Below are positions 17,791 through 27,389 of a DNA stretch of 64,000 nucleotides, in pieces. The stretch's first letter is position 1. Each line of letters starts with the position of its first letter. The notes below the pieces were generated by a model. That model did not search any database. It saw nothing but the letters and a program-made list of their open reading frames with translations, and was not told the DNA's origin. Source of the DNA: Acidobacteriota bacterium (lineage in GTDB: Bacteria; Acidobacteriota; Thermoanaerobaculia; Gp7-AA8); contig JAFATB010000014.1 in the NCBI GenBank assembly GCA_019244185.1, forward strand, positions 320,001 through 384,000, written 5' to 3'. The translations under genes were made by a program, and so were the position numbers.

Positions 17791-18989
17791 GTGGACCTCA
17801 GCGCCTCCAGCACGCCGCGGACGCCGGCGGCATAGTCCCACGCGGCGATGATCTCGCGCGAGCGCTCGCCCATGCGCGCGCGCAACGCGCGGTCCTCCGC
17901 GAGCGCATCGAGCTGCCGCGCGAGCGTCGCCGCATCGCCCGCCTCGAAGACGAAGCCGTTGTCGCCGTCGCGCACGATGTCGCCCGCCGAGCCGGAGGCG
18001 CTCGTGGCGATGACCGGGAGGCCGCAGGCCATGGCTTCGTTCACGACGGCGCCGCGCGGCTCGTACGTCGACGGCAGCACGAAGACGTCGCCCATCGCGT
18101 AATGCCGCGGCAGGTCGCGCTGGTTGATGAAGCCGGGGAAGCGCGCATCGAGCCCGCGCGCGCGGGCGAACGCCTCGAGCTCGTCGCGCAACGCGCCGTG
18201 GCCGAGGAAGACGACGGTGGTGCGGGCGCGGTGGCGCATCGCGTCGACCGCGCGGAGGAGCGTCATCGGATCTTTGCGCGGCAGCAGCTTCGCGGAGTAG
18301 ATGACGACGAAGCGGTCGTCGTCCGCGCCGAAGCGCGCGCGCAGCGCCGCCCGCTCGCCCGGCGCGAAGCGGCTCTCGTTCGCGAAACGGTCGTTGTCGA
18401 TCGCCCACGGCACGGAGAAGAAGCGCCGCCGGTCCGCGCCGAAATGCGCGTAGTAATCGGCGTTCGTGTTGCCGGAGACGAGGAAGCCGTCGACGAGCGC
18501 GAAGAGCGCGCGCCGCAGTCCGTGCGCGAGACTGCCGCCGCGCGGAATCTCGTTGCTGTCGCCGTAGACGAACACCGGCAACCCCCGCATGCGGCACGCG
18601 GCGAGCGCGAGGAGCGACGTGATCGTGCCCCAGCCGAGGAAGAGAATCGCGGCGTCGTAGCGGCCGAAGAGAAGCTGCGGGACGATGCCGGGATTGACGA
18701 GCCGCGCCCACCCTTCGCCGCGCCCGAAGTTGCGGAGAAACACGTGGCGATAGCCGGCCAGGAGATCGACGTCCCACTGCAGCGTCGTCTGCATCTCCGC
18801 GTCGTGATACGTCTCCGCGCCGGCGCGCGAGCCGTAGAACACAGTCAGGTCGAGCTCCGGATGCGCGGCGAGGAGCCGGTAGAACGGCGCCTGGTACTGG
18901 ATGACGTGCGAGGCGAGAAGCGCGACGCGATACACGCGCGGCCATGATCGCATCGTTGCCGTCGCCGCGGTGTTCTTCGCCGCATTCAT
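17784..18989 (-). CDS. Glycosyltransferase family 4
   Basis: SHVIQYQAPFYR, SAKLLPRKD, PSTYEPRGAVVNEAMACGLP; start 18989 (ATGA overlap) or 18953. Confidence 0.9.
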   Translation of the reverse strand: MNAAKNTAATATMRSWPRVYRVALLASHVIQYQAPFYRLLAAHPELDLTVFYGSRAGAETYHDAEMQTTLQWDVDLLAGYRHVFLRNFGRGEGWARLVNPGIVPQLLFGRYDAAILFLGWGTITSLLALAACRMRGLPVFVYGDSNEIPRGGSLAHGLRRALFALVDGFLVSGNTNADYYAHFGADRRRFFSVPWAIDNDRFANESRFAPGERAALRARFGADDDRFVVIYSAKLLPRKDPMTLLRAVDAMRHRARTTVVFLGHGALRDELEAFARARGLDARFPGFINQRDLPRHYAMGDVFVLPSTYEPRGAVVNEAMACGLPVIATSASGSAGDIVRDGDNGFVFEAGDAATLARQLDALAEDRALRARMGERSREIIAAWDYAAGVRGVLEALRSTC

Positions 18990-19891
18990 CGCTGCAGCAG
19001 CGACAGCCACGCTCTCACATGCAGCGGGTTCTTCGCCAGCGCGCGGCGCAGGTACGCGCGCCACCTCGGATTGCGCCGGCGGCGCAGGACCTTGGCGATG
19101 AAGTAGAGTCCCGCGGCCTCGCCCTTCGGCGTGACGCGCGGCCGGTGGATCCGATCGGCTTCCGCGAGCAATGCCGCGTCATCGGCGCCGTCGTTCGCAC
19201 GATCGCGAAGGGCGACCGCGATGGCCGCGAGCCGCGCCTGCGGCCGATGGCCGATGCCGCTGATGCCGCGCGGGTCGAGCGTGGCCTCGTACAGCACCTC
19301 GCGCGCGATGCCGATCGTGCCGCGCGCGGCGAGGCGGATCCAGAGGTCGAGGTCCTGCGCGACGTGGAACTGCGGGCGGTAGCCGCCCGCGGCGAAGTAG
19401 TCGTCGCGGCGGAACAGCGCGGAGCCGTGCGACGGAATGCCGTGCACGCGCTTCCGTGGATCGCGCAGCAGGCTGTCGCGCACGGCCGTGCCGTCGGCGT
19501 GCGTGTCGTACAGCAGCTCGCCGTCCGGCGTCACGAAGCGCGTCGCGCACGAGACGAGGACGTGTCCTTCGCCGATGAGCGCGAGCTGTTTCGCGAAGCG
19601 CTCCGGCAGCGAACGGTCGCCGCAGTCCTGACGCGCGAGCAGCGCGCCGCGCGCCTCACGGCACGCGCGCACGAGCGCGAGCGTGAGGCCGGTGTTCGCC
19701 TGTGGCAGCACGCGGATGCGCGGGTCCCGGGCGGCGTAGCCGGCGAGGATCACGTCCGTCGTGTCGCTCGAGCCGTCGTCGACGACCACGACCTCGAAGT
19801 CGCGGAACGTCTGCGCGAGCAGGCTGTCGAGCGTCGCCGCCAGCGTCGCCGCGCCGTTGTAGACCGACATCACGACCGAGAGCGTCACCAT
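18986..19891 (-). CDS. Glycosyltransferase family 2
   Basis: MVTLSVVMSVYNG, VVDDGSSD, ARQDCGD, AQDLDLWIR. Confidence 0.9.
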   Translation of the reverse strand: MVTLSVVMSVYNGAATLAATLDSLLAQTFRDFEVVVVDDGSSDTTDVILAGYAARDPRIRVLPQANTGLTLALVRACREARGALLARQDCGDRSLPERFAKQLALIGEGHVLVSCATRFVTPDGELLYDTHADGTAVRDSLLRDPRKRVHGIPSHGSALFRRDDYFAAGGYRPQFHVAQDLDLWIRLAARGTIGIAREVLYEATLDPRGISGIGHRPQARLAAIAVALRDRANDGADDAALLAEADRIHRPRVTPKGEAAGLYFIAKVLRRRRNPRWRAYLRRALAKNPLHVRAWLSLLQR

Positions 19892-20844
19892 CGCAGCCGA
19901 TCCGAGAGGATGGACAGGCGCCCTGCGCCGGTCCAGCCGATGAGTTGCGCGACACGCGCGTAGACGCGGTACTGCAGGCGGTCGCGCCCGTCGCCCGCGG
20001 CCTCGCGCGAGAGCTCGAAGAGCGTGCGCGACTCGTCCGCCAATCCCGCCGCGCCGCATTGCCGTGCCAGCAAAAAGAGCTCCCGGGAGAAGTGCTGCAT
20101 CTCCGGCACCTCGGGGCTAATGCCCGCGCGCTGCGCGTGGCGGAGGATGAGCGTGTGCGCGCGCGTGCGGTCGCGCAGCACGTCGGGACGAAGCCCGTTC
20201 GCCGACAGCTGCCCCAGGCCGTGCAGGCGGTAATGGCAGATCCATTCGGGCACGTAGTGCAGGCGCACGCCGAGGGCCGCGACGCGCGCGTCGTACTCCC
20301 AGTCTTCCTCGTTGCGCATGTTCAGCCACGGGCCGGCCTCGTCGAGGAGCGACGCGCGATAGAGACCGGTGAGCGTGTGCCACCAGCGCGAGGCGAGCAT
20401 CGACGGGAACATCGTCTCGATGCGCTCGCCGGTGCGTTTCGTCGGCGCCGGCTCGTAGCTGCCGTCGGGATTCTGCGCGCGCGTCCAGCCGTACGAGACG
20501 CCGCATTCGGGATGCGCGCGCAGTCCCGCGACCTGCAGCGCGAACTTGTTCGGGTAGAGCAGGTCGTCGCTGTCGAGGTGCTGGATGAACTCCCCGCGCG
20601 CGGCGCGGCGGCCCGCCTCGCGCGCGAGACCGACGCCGGTGTTGGCCTGATGAACGACGCGGATTTCCGGATGCGTGGCGGCGAGCGCGTCGGCGGCGGC
20701 GGGCGTGTCGTCGGTCGAGCCGTCGTCGACGATCACGATCTCGATCGGCCGGTACGTCTGCGCGAGCACGCTCTCCACGGCCTCGCGCAGCATGGCCACG
20801 CGGTTGTAGACCGGGATGATCGTCGTGACGAGAGCCGGCTGCAT
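19885..20844 (-). CDS. Glycosyltransferase family 2
   Basis: TIIPVYNR, IVDDGSTD, HLDSDD, EEDWEY. Confidence 0.92.
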   Translation of the reverse strand: MQPALVTTIIPVYNRVAMLREAVESVLAQTYRPIEIVIVDDGSTDDTPAAADALAATHPEIRVVHQANTGVGLAREAGRRAARGEFIQHLDSDDLLYPNKFALQVAGLRAHPECGVSYGWTRAQNPDGSYEPAPTKRTGERIETMFPSMLASRWWHTLTGLYRASLLDEAGPWLNMRNEEDWEYDARVAALGVRLHYVPEWICHYRLHGLGQLSANGLRPDVLRDRTRAHTLILRHAQRAGISPEVPEMQHFSRELFLLARQCGAAGLADESRTLFELSREAAGDGRDRLQYRVYARVAQLIGWTGAGRLSILSDRLRW

Positions 20845-20863
20845 CGGCGCAAGGATACTTACA

Positions 20864-22153
20864 ATGCGTGCCGTGCCGCGCCTCTTCATCTGCACGCCGT
20901 CGTACTACCTGCAGGGCGGCGTCGAACGGATCCTCGAGTCGCTGGCGCGCGGACTGCCCTCGCGCGGCTTCGAGGTGGTGTTCGGCCTCGCGAAAGGGGC
21001 GCGCTTCCACGATCCGGCGCGGTTCCGCGCGGCCTTTCCCGATGTGCGAGGCGTTGACGTCGACGGCACGAGCGGCACGGTCTACGGCCGCCGTAGCGCG
21101 CTGCGCCGCGCGATCGAGGCCGTCGATCCCGACGTCGTGCTCATCGCGCGGATGTTCGACGCGTATCCGGTCTGCAGCGAGCTGAAGTTGCGCGGACATC
21201 GCCTGCGTCTCGCGGTGACGGTGCAGGCATACGAGGCGGAGTACTTTGTCGATCTCGCGCGGTATCAGGACTTCGTCGACCTGTGCGTGACGAGCGGCGA
21301 GCGAATCGCGGCGACCGTTCGCGCGTTGACGACGTTGACGAATGTCGTGAGCATTCCCGGCGGCGTCGCGCCGCCGCATCGCGTACGCGTCCCGCACGAC
21401 GGGCCGCTGCGCATCGGCTACGTCGGACGCATCGAGCAGGTGCAGAAGCGGCTGCGCGATTTGCCGCTCCTGCGCGACGAGCTCACGCGCCGCGGCGTGC
21501 CGTTCACGCTCGACGTCGCCGGCGACGGCACGCTTGCGGACGAGCTGCGCGCGCAGCTGCCGGAGGCGCGGTTTCACGGCTGGCTGTCGGCGCGCGAGCT
21601 GTACGAGCGCGTCTATCCCGAGCTCGACGTCGTCGTGCATTTCGCGGAGTGGGAAGGGATGACCATCGCTCCGCGCGAGGCCATGGCGCACGGCGTGGTG
21701 CCGGTGGTCTCGCGCTTCACCGGAGCCGAGGATTTCATCGACGGCGTGAACGCGCTGACGTTCGACGTCGGCGACATCCGCGCCGCCGCCGATGCCCTCG
21801 AGTCGCTGCATCGCGACCGCGCGCGACTCGAAACGCTCTCACGCGCCGCGCGCGACTCGCAGCAAGGCATCCGTTCCGAGGAGGGCGCAATCGACGCGTG
21901 GGCCGCGGCGTTCCGCGACGCGCTCGCGCGACCGCCGCGGATCGGCACGACGTTTCCCGATGCGCCGCGCGACGCGGGACTGCTCACGCGCCTCCACCTC
22001 CCGCCCACCCTCGCCGAGCTCGTGCGCCGCGTGCGGCGTCGTGCGCACGCGGCGCCGGGAGACGAGTGGCCGCATTGGTCGGGGATGCCGGACGCGGCGA
22101 TCGTGCGCGCGGTCGCAGAAGGGGCGGCACCTTCGGGGCAATCGTCCGTTTGA
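20864..22153 (+). CDS. Glycosyltransferase family 4
   Basis: GGVERI, GYVGRIEQVQKR, EGMTIAPREAMAHG; start ATG 20864 or GTG 20873. Confidence 0.88.
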   Translation: MRAVPRLFICTPSYYLQGGVERILESLARGLPSRGFEVVFGLAKGARFHDPARFRAAFPDVRGVDVDGTSGTVYGRRSALRRAIEAVDPDVVLIARMFDAYPVCSELKLRGHRLRLAVTVQAYEAEYFVDLARYQDFVDLCVTSGERIAATVRALTTLTNVVSIPGGVAPPHRVRVPHDGPLRIGYVGRIEQVQKRLRDLPLLRDELTRRGVPFTLDVAGDGTLADELRAQLPEARFHGWLSARELYERVYPELDVVVHFAEWEGMTIAPREAMAHGVVPVVSRFTGAEDFIDGVNALTFDVGDIRAAADALESLHRDRARLETLSRAARDSQQGIRSEEGAIDAWAAAFRDALARPPRIGTTFPDAPRDAGLLTRLHLPPTLAELVRRVRRRAHAAPGDEWPHWSGMPDAAIVRAVAEGAAPSGQSSV

Positions 22154-22168
22154 CTGGCCGTTTCTCCT

Positions 22169-24102
22169 TCACCTCACCAGCCCATTCCGCACCAGCGCCA
22201 CGTCGGCCGCGCGCGTCTGCTGGGAAATGTCGGTGTAGAGAAGATTGATGATTTTTCCGTGGCCGTTTTCGTTCGAACGAAGCTGCGCGCGGAGGTCCGC
22301 CAGCGAGTCGACGAGGCGTTTGGTGGTCTCCTTGTTGTAGTTCACCGGCGGGCTGCCGCCGACGGTGATCGTCCACGACAGCAAAAACAGGTCGCACGGC
22401 ACGTTCTCGCTGGCTGCATTCTGGAAGCGGCAGACGCCGTCGAAGAGGCGGTACTTCGGGAACTGCCCCTGGGGAAGACGGCTGCCGTCGCGCGCGACCG
22501 CATGCGTTCGATCGGCATCGTCGTCCGTCCCACGAACCATGGTCTCGAAGGTCGACGTGTTGCTGTAGATGTCGAAGACGGTGAGGTCGCCGTTCTGCGG
22601 ATCGGCGCATACCAGTCGCGGTATCTGCGGAGGACTTTGTAGGTCCGCAGCGTCGGATCGAAGTCGAACTCCGCTTTGGTCGCGTCCGAGTCGTCGTTGT
22701 TGTCCACGAAGACCAGTACGGCCCCTGCGTTCCGGCCGATGAAGCGACTGATCGGTGTCGCCGCGACGCGGTTGTCGAGAGCGCCGGTGACGAGGTACGG
22801 GCCCAGCCTGTTGACGATCAGCAGGAGCGCGGAGCGGAAGCGCTCGGCATTGAAGTCGCGGAAGTGCGAGATCTTCAGAAGCACCAGTTCGTGATGGCTG
22901 GCCATGAAATTGCCGACATCGTCCAGCACGGTCGCGAAGTCGACGCCGTAGAAACGCTCGTGATGGATCTTGAGCTTGCCGTCGGCGTAACCGACGCGGA
23001 GATCGAACCAGCGGATGCCGGCGGCGAGTTGCTGGCCGATCGTCAGGGTCTGGGCCTGCAGGGCGACGCCTGAGTCGTACTGCGCCGAATCGTGGGACGC
23101 GGCGAGGACGAGCTCGCGCAGCTTCTTGTCGCCCAACTGCTGGCGATGATCGCCCATCCAGTTGGCGCGATCGAACACGACGGAGGCGTTTCCGAAGAGC
23201 GTCGATGCGCTCTCCGACTGATGGACCTGCACAGCATACGAGCCGTTCGTCGCGACACTCGCCCGCTGGCCGTCGTCGAGCTCGTAAGAGAACGTGCCTT
23301 TCTTGATGAAGTCCTTTCAGTCGATCGATGCTCCGTCGGCGGAGATGGTGCCGACGCGCTCGTAGAGCGTCCTGGAGAGCGCGGCAGTGTGCATCTCGAA
23401 TACCGCGCCGTCATCGGTGAGCGCGACGGAGGGATTGTCGCCGTCGTCGTACGACTGCTCCGCATGGAACGTGATCGAGGCGGATGTCTGGCCGCGCGGA
23501 GCCACGTACTGGCCGACGCGGTAACGGAGAGAATCTCCCTCTTCGAAGACCACCACCACCCGCCCGCCGGCATTGATCGCCACGGACGGATTGGTGCGGT
23601 TCGTCACGAGCGTCGCACCCGCGGACCAGGTCAGCGCCCGGCCGTTGAGCTGCCCGACGTGCCAGACCAGATCCGAATTCTTTGCGTACACCACCACCGC
23701 GACGCCGTGCGTATTCACCGCGATCGCGGGAGTGGAGCGGGTGGCGCCGGAAGCGCCGGGATCGTTCGGAAACTCGACCACGCTGCCTGCCGACACGGAG
23801 TCCGTCTGCAGCGCGCCGACGGAGTAGAACACCTTCCCGTTGCCGTCGTCGTGCGCTTCGATGACCGTATCGCGCACGACCGCGACCGACGGATTCCCGC
23901 CCGTCGCGAACGACGCCGGCGCTTCCTCGAACTTCAGCGAGAGATTCTTCAACTCCGCCACCCGGAAATGCAGCCCGTTGTCGTCGGCCCGGTGAATGGC
24001 TACCACCTGGTCATCCCTGTTGATGGCGACCGCGGGGTCGTTGCCATCGCGCTCATACGGGCCGGGGGTGAGTCCGAAATAGACGCTCTGGATTGCAGGC
24101 AT
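22169..24102 (-). pseudogene. Disrupted PI-specific phospholipase C (PI-PLC X domain) with N-terminal repeat domain
   Basis: ORFs 23317-24102 and 22342-23232 are in one frame separated by a single TGA (SID*KDFIKKG); PLC-X motifs ASHDS, QTLTIGQQLAAGIRWFDLR; frameshift near 22605 joins to ADPQNGDLTVFDIYSNT and ORF 22169-22540. Confidence 0.75.
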
Positions 24103-24257
24103 GAAGTCCTCCTCGGCACGCAGGGTAATCGTGGTCTCTGCCGAATTCCGCCCCTATTGATACGTATCGACGATTTTCATGCGGATATGTTCGGCATGAG
24201 GGCCGTACCGGATCGCGTCGAGCAGCCGTCGAACGGGCCCGCTAGAATCTGCGCCGC

Positions 24258-25256
24258 ATGTCCCTCCGCCAGCGCGCCGGCGCGCTCGTTTACGACTGGC
24301 CGAATTTTCTGCGGCACATCGGCGGCGACTGGACGCGCATTCGCAATCGCGACGAGCGCATCGTCTCGGATGGGCGCGGCGTGCGGTGCGAGTGGGCGTT
24401 CACGTCGAACCTGCATCTGCCGGCGGTGTATCCGTCCGCCGGGCATTGGCTGATGCGGCGCGCGTTGGCGCAGTGGCCGATCGCGATGCGGGAGACGCCG
24501 GCGGCGCTGTCGGCGACGCCGGAGGTCACGTTTCTCATCGGGCATCGCGGCGTGGAGCGGCTGCCGAATCTCCTGGCGACGCTGCGCAGCATTGCGGGGC
24601 AGGAAGGCGTCGGGATCGAGTGCATCGTCATCGAGCAGTCGGCGCGGCGCGAGATCGAGCGCGAGCTGCCGTCGTGGGTGCGCTATCTCCACACGCCCGT
24701 CGCGGCGGACTTCGACTATTGCCGCGCGGCGACGTTCAACGACGGGCTGCAGCTCGCGCGCGGCTCGGTGCTCGTACTGCACGACAACGACATGCTGCTG
24801 CCGTCAAAGTACGCATTCGAGCTCGCGGCGCGCGCGCGCGACGGCGCGCACTTCATCGATCTCAAGCGCTTCATCTTCTATCTCGAGGAAGCGGAGACGC
24901 GACGGATCTTCGACGGCGGCGCGTTGCGCACGGACGTCGACTCCTCGGTCGTGCAGAACCTGCGCGGCGGCTCGGTGGCGGCGACGACGGCGGCGTATCG
25001 CGCCATCGGCGGCTTCGACGAGGAGTTCGTCGGCTGGGGCGGCGAGGACAACGAGTTCTGGGAGCGCGCCGAGGAGCATGGCGGCGTCTACGCGTTCGGC
25101 TATCTGCCGATCGTCCATCTGTGGCACCGGCCGCAGAAGGGGAAAGAAACGCGCGACGCGCCGGCGCAGCGCCGCTACTACGAAATCCGTTCGATCCCGC
25201 CGGCGGAGCGGATCACGCGGCTCACGCGCTCGGCGAAGTTCTCGAACGAAAAGTAG
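24258..25256 (+). CDS. Glycosyltransferase (GT2/GT7 C-terminal, galactosyltransferase-like)
   Basis: LHDNDML, IGGFDEEFVGWGGEDNEF, HLWH. Confidence 0.85.
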   Translation: MSLRQRAGALVYDWPNFLRHIGGDWTRIRNRDERIVSDGRGVRCEWAFTSNLHLPAVYPSAGHWLMRRALAQWPIAMRETPAALSATPEVTFLIGHRGVERLPNLLATLRSIAGQEGVGIECIVIEQSARREIERELPSWVRYLHTPVAADFDYCRAATFNDGLQLARGSVLVLHDNDMLLPSKYAFELAARARDGAHFIDLKRFIFYLEEAETRRIFDGGALRTDVDSSVVQNLRGGSVAATTAAYRAIGGFDEEFVGWGGEDNEFWERAEEHGGVYAFGYLPIVHLWHRPQKGKETRDAPAQRRYYEIRSIPPAERITRLTRSAKFSNEK

Positions 25257-26236
25257 TCGAGCCCTTCCGGGATCTGCTTGCCGCGCGCGAGCGACTCGAC
25301 GATCGCGTCGCGCAGCTCGCCGGGATCATCGGGATCGACGAGCATCCCGAGCTGGCCGTCGCGTAACGCTTCGCGTCCGCCATCGATCCTGCTGCCGATG
25401 ACCGGCACGCCCGACGCCAGCGCCTCCAGGAAGACGAAGCCGAAGCCTTCGCCGCGGCTCGGCATCGCGTAGACGTCCGCGAGCGCGTAGAGATCCGGCT
25501 TCTCGCGATCGTCGAAGAGCCCCGTGAAGCGCACGCGATCGCCGGCGCCCGCGTCCATCGCCAGCCGCTGCAAGCGCGGCGCGTCGTCGCCGCCGCCGGC
25601 GATGAGATACACGACGTCGTCCGGCAGCGACGGCAGCATGCGGATGATCTCGTCGAAGCCTTTCATCCGCTCGCGCGCGTCGAGCCTTCCCACCGTCAGG
25701 ATCACGCGCTTTCCGGCGAGCCCGTATTTCGCGACGAGCTCCGGGCGTTTCGCGCGCATGCCGTATTCGTCGGCGTGAATCGAGTTCGGCACGATGAAGG
25801 TCGGGCCGCGATAGCCGGACCACGCCAGCATGCGGTCGCGCGTGATGGCGCTGATGGAAACGACCGCGCGCGTGCGATGCAGCAGCGGACGCGAGAGCTT
25901 CCGCGCCGGCGGCTGCCACACTTCGATGCCGTACACGACCAGCAGCGGCCGCCGCGCGAGCATGCACGCGAACGGCAGCAGATTCACGTGTCCGCAGATC
26001 ACGAGGTCCGCGCCGCGCGCGCGTCGCAGCGCATTCAGATACGCAACCGGTCCGCGCGCGGCGTCGGCGACGAACGTCACGCTCGGCGGCACGTCGTGGA
26101 TCTCCGTCTGCATCACGCGCGGGATGACCGTCACGTGCTCCGCGACGCGCGTCAGCGCCAGCGTGAGCTCGCGGAGATAGAGCGCGATGCCGCCGTGGCC
26201 GCCGTACGCATCCGGCGCGAGCAGCAGAATGTTCAC
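25178..26236 (-). CDS. Glycosyltransferase family 4
   Basis: GTG 26236 overlapping wecA stop; GGIALY, LTVGRL..KGFD, PSRGEGFGFVFLEALASG. Confidence 0.9.
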   Translation of the reverse strand: MNILLLAPDAYGGHGGIALYLRELTLALTRVAEHVTVIPRVMQTEIHDVPPSVTFVADAARGPVAYLNALRRARGADLVICGHVNLLPFACMLARRPLLVVYGIEVWQPPARKLSRPLLHRTRAVVSISAITRDRMLAWSGYRGPTFIVPNSIHADEYGMRAKRPELVAKYGLAGKRVILTVGRLDARERMKGFDEIIRMLPSLPDDVVYLIAGGGDDAPRLQRLAMDAGAGDRVRFTGLFDDREKPDLYALADVYAMPSRGEGFGFVFLEALASGVPVIGSRIDGGREALRDGQLGMLVDPDDPGELRDAIVESLARGKQIPEGLDYFSFENFAERVSRVIRSAGGIERIS

Positions 26237-27303
26237 GAAATCCGCCGGCGCGGCAGATAGCGCAGGAAGAGCAGCACGAGCAGCGCGAGCGCGCCGGAGC
26301 CATAGCCGACCCACTTCGTTTCGCCGACGACGGTCAGCACCGCCGACGCCGCGAAGAGCACGGTGATCAGCCAGATCGCGAAGATCGCTTTGCCGTCGCT
26401 GCCGTAGCGCTCGACGAGGATGTGGTGGATGTGCCGGCGATCCGCGGTGAAGACGCGGCTGAGGCGCGTGCCGAGCGTCGCCTTTCCGGTGAAGCGCTGC
26501 TGCATCACGATGAGCGTGTCGATCACCGGCAGCGCGAGCGCGAGGATCGGCCCGCCGATGATGAGCGCGGTGGGCGACTTGCTCGGACGCGCGATCGAAC
26601 CGGCGGCGAGCAGCAGGCCGATGAAGAGGCTTCCCGTGTCGCCCATGAAGATCTTCGCCGGCGGGCGGTTCCACGGATAGAAGCCGAGCAGCGCGCCGCT
26701 CAAGGCGATCATCACCACGAGCGAGAACGCGTCGTGGCGCAGCACGGCGATGATGCAGAAGGCGATGGCGATGGTGATCGACACGACCGTCGCCAGCGAG
26801 TCCATGCCGTCGATGAAGTTCATCGCGTTCATCACGCCGACGACCCAGAACATCGACAGCAGCGCGCCGAGAAGTCCCAGATGGATGACCGCGCCGGCGA
26901 CGGAGACGAACTCGAACTGGAAGCCGAAGGAGACGAGGATCAGCGCGGCGAGGAACTGCACGGCGAACTTCTTCTGCGCGTTCGTGCCGATGAGATCGTC
27001 GTACACGCCGAGGCCGACGATGAGCGAGCCGCCGGCGAGGACGGCAAACAGATACGTCAGATTCTTGGAGACGAGATCGGCGGCGCGCGGGTTCGCGGCG
27101 AGGAGCAGGAGCGGAAAGCCGAAGCCGAAAATGATGGCGATGCCGCCGAGGCGCGGCGTCGCGATCGGGTGGATCTTGCGGTCGCCGGGGACGTCGACCA
27201 GTCCGATGTGCTGCGCGGCCTGACGGACGATGGCGGTAGCCACGTACGAAGTCAGCGCGCTGCAGAGGAAGAGGAGGACGAGCGGCGCGTAATACTCGGT
27301 CAT
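26233..27303 (-). CDS. wecA: Undecaprenyl-phosphate GlcNAc-1-phosphate transferase (WecA/TagO, MraY superfamily)
   Basis: RKIHPIATPRLGG, GVYDD, NAMNFIDGMD, IFMGDTGS, DRRHIHH. Confidence 0.9.
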   Translation of the reverse strand: MTEYYAPLVLLFLCSALTSYVATAIVRQAAQHIGLVDVPGDRKIHPIATPRLGGIAIIFGFGFPLLLLAANPRAADLVSKNLTYLFAVLAGGSLIVGLGVYDDLIGTNAQKKFAVQFLAALILVSFGFQFEFVSVAGAVIHLGLLGALLSMFWVVGVMNAMNFIDGMDSLATVVSITIAIAFCIIAVLRHDAFSLVVMIALSGALLGFYPWNRPPAKIFMGDTGSLFIGLLLAAGSIARPSKSPTALIIGGPILALALPVIDTLIVMQQRFTGKATLGTRLSRVFTADRRHIHHILVERYGSDGKAIFAIWLITVLFAASAVLTVVGETKWVGYGSGALALLVLLFLRYLPRRRIS

Positions 27304-27389
27304 CGCGCGGGGGAAGGATAGCAGAGGCTCGGAGCGCGTGGCCTCGTCATAGAATGCCCGCGACTTACGCGCACGAGGAGCTGATCCGC

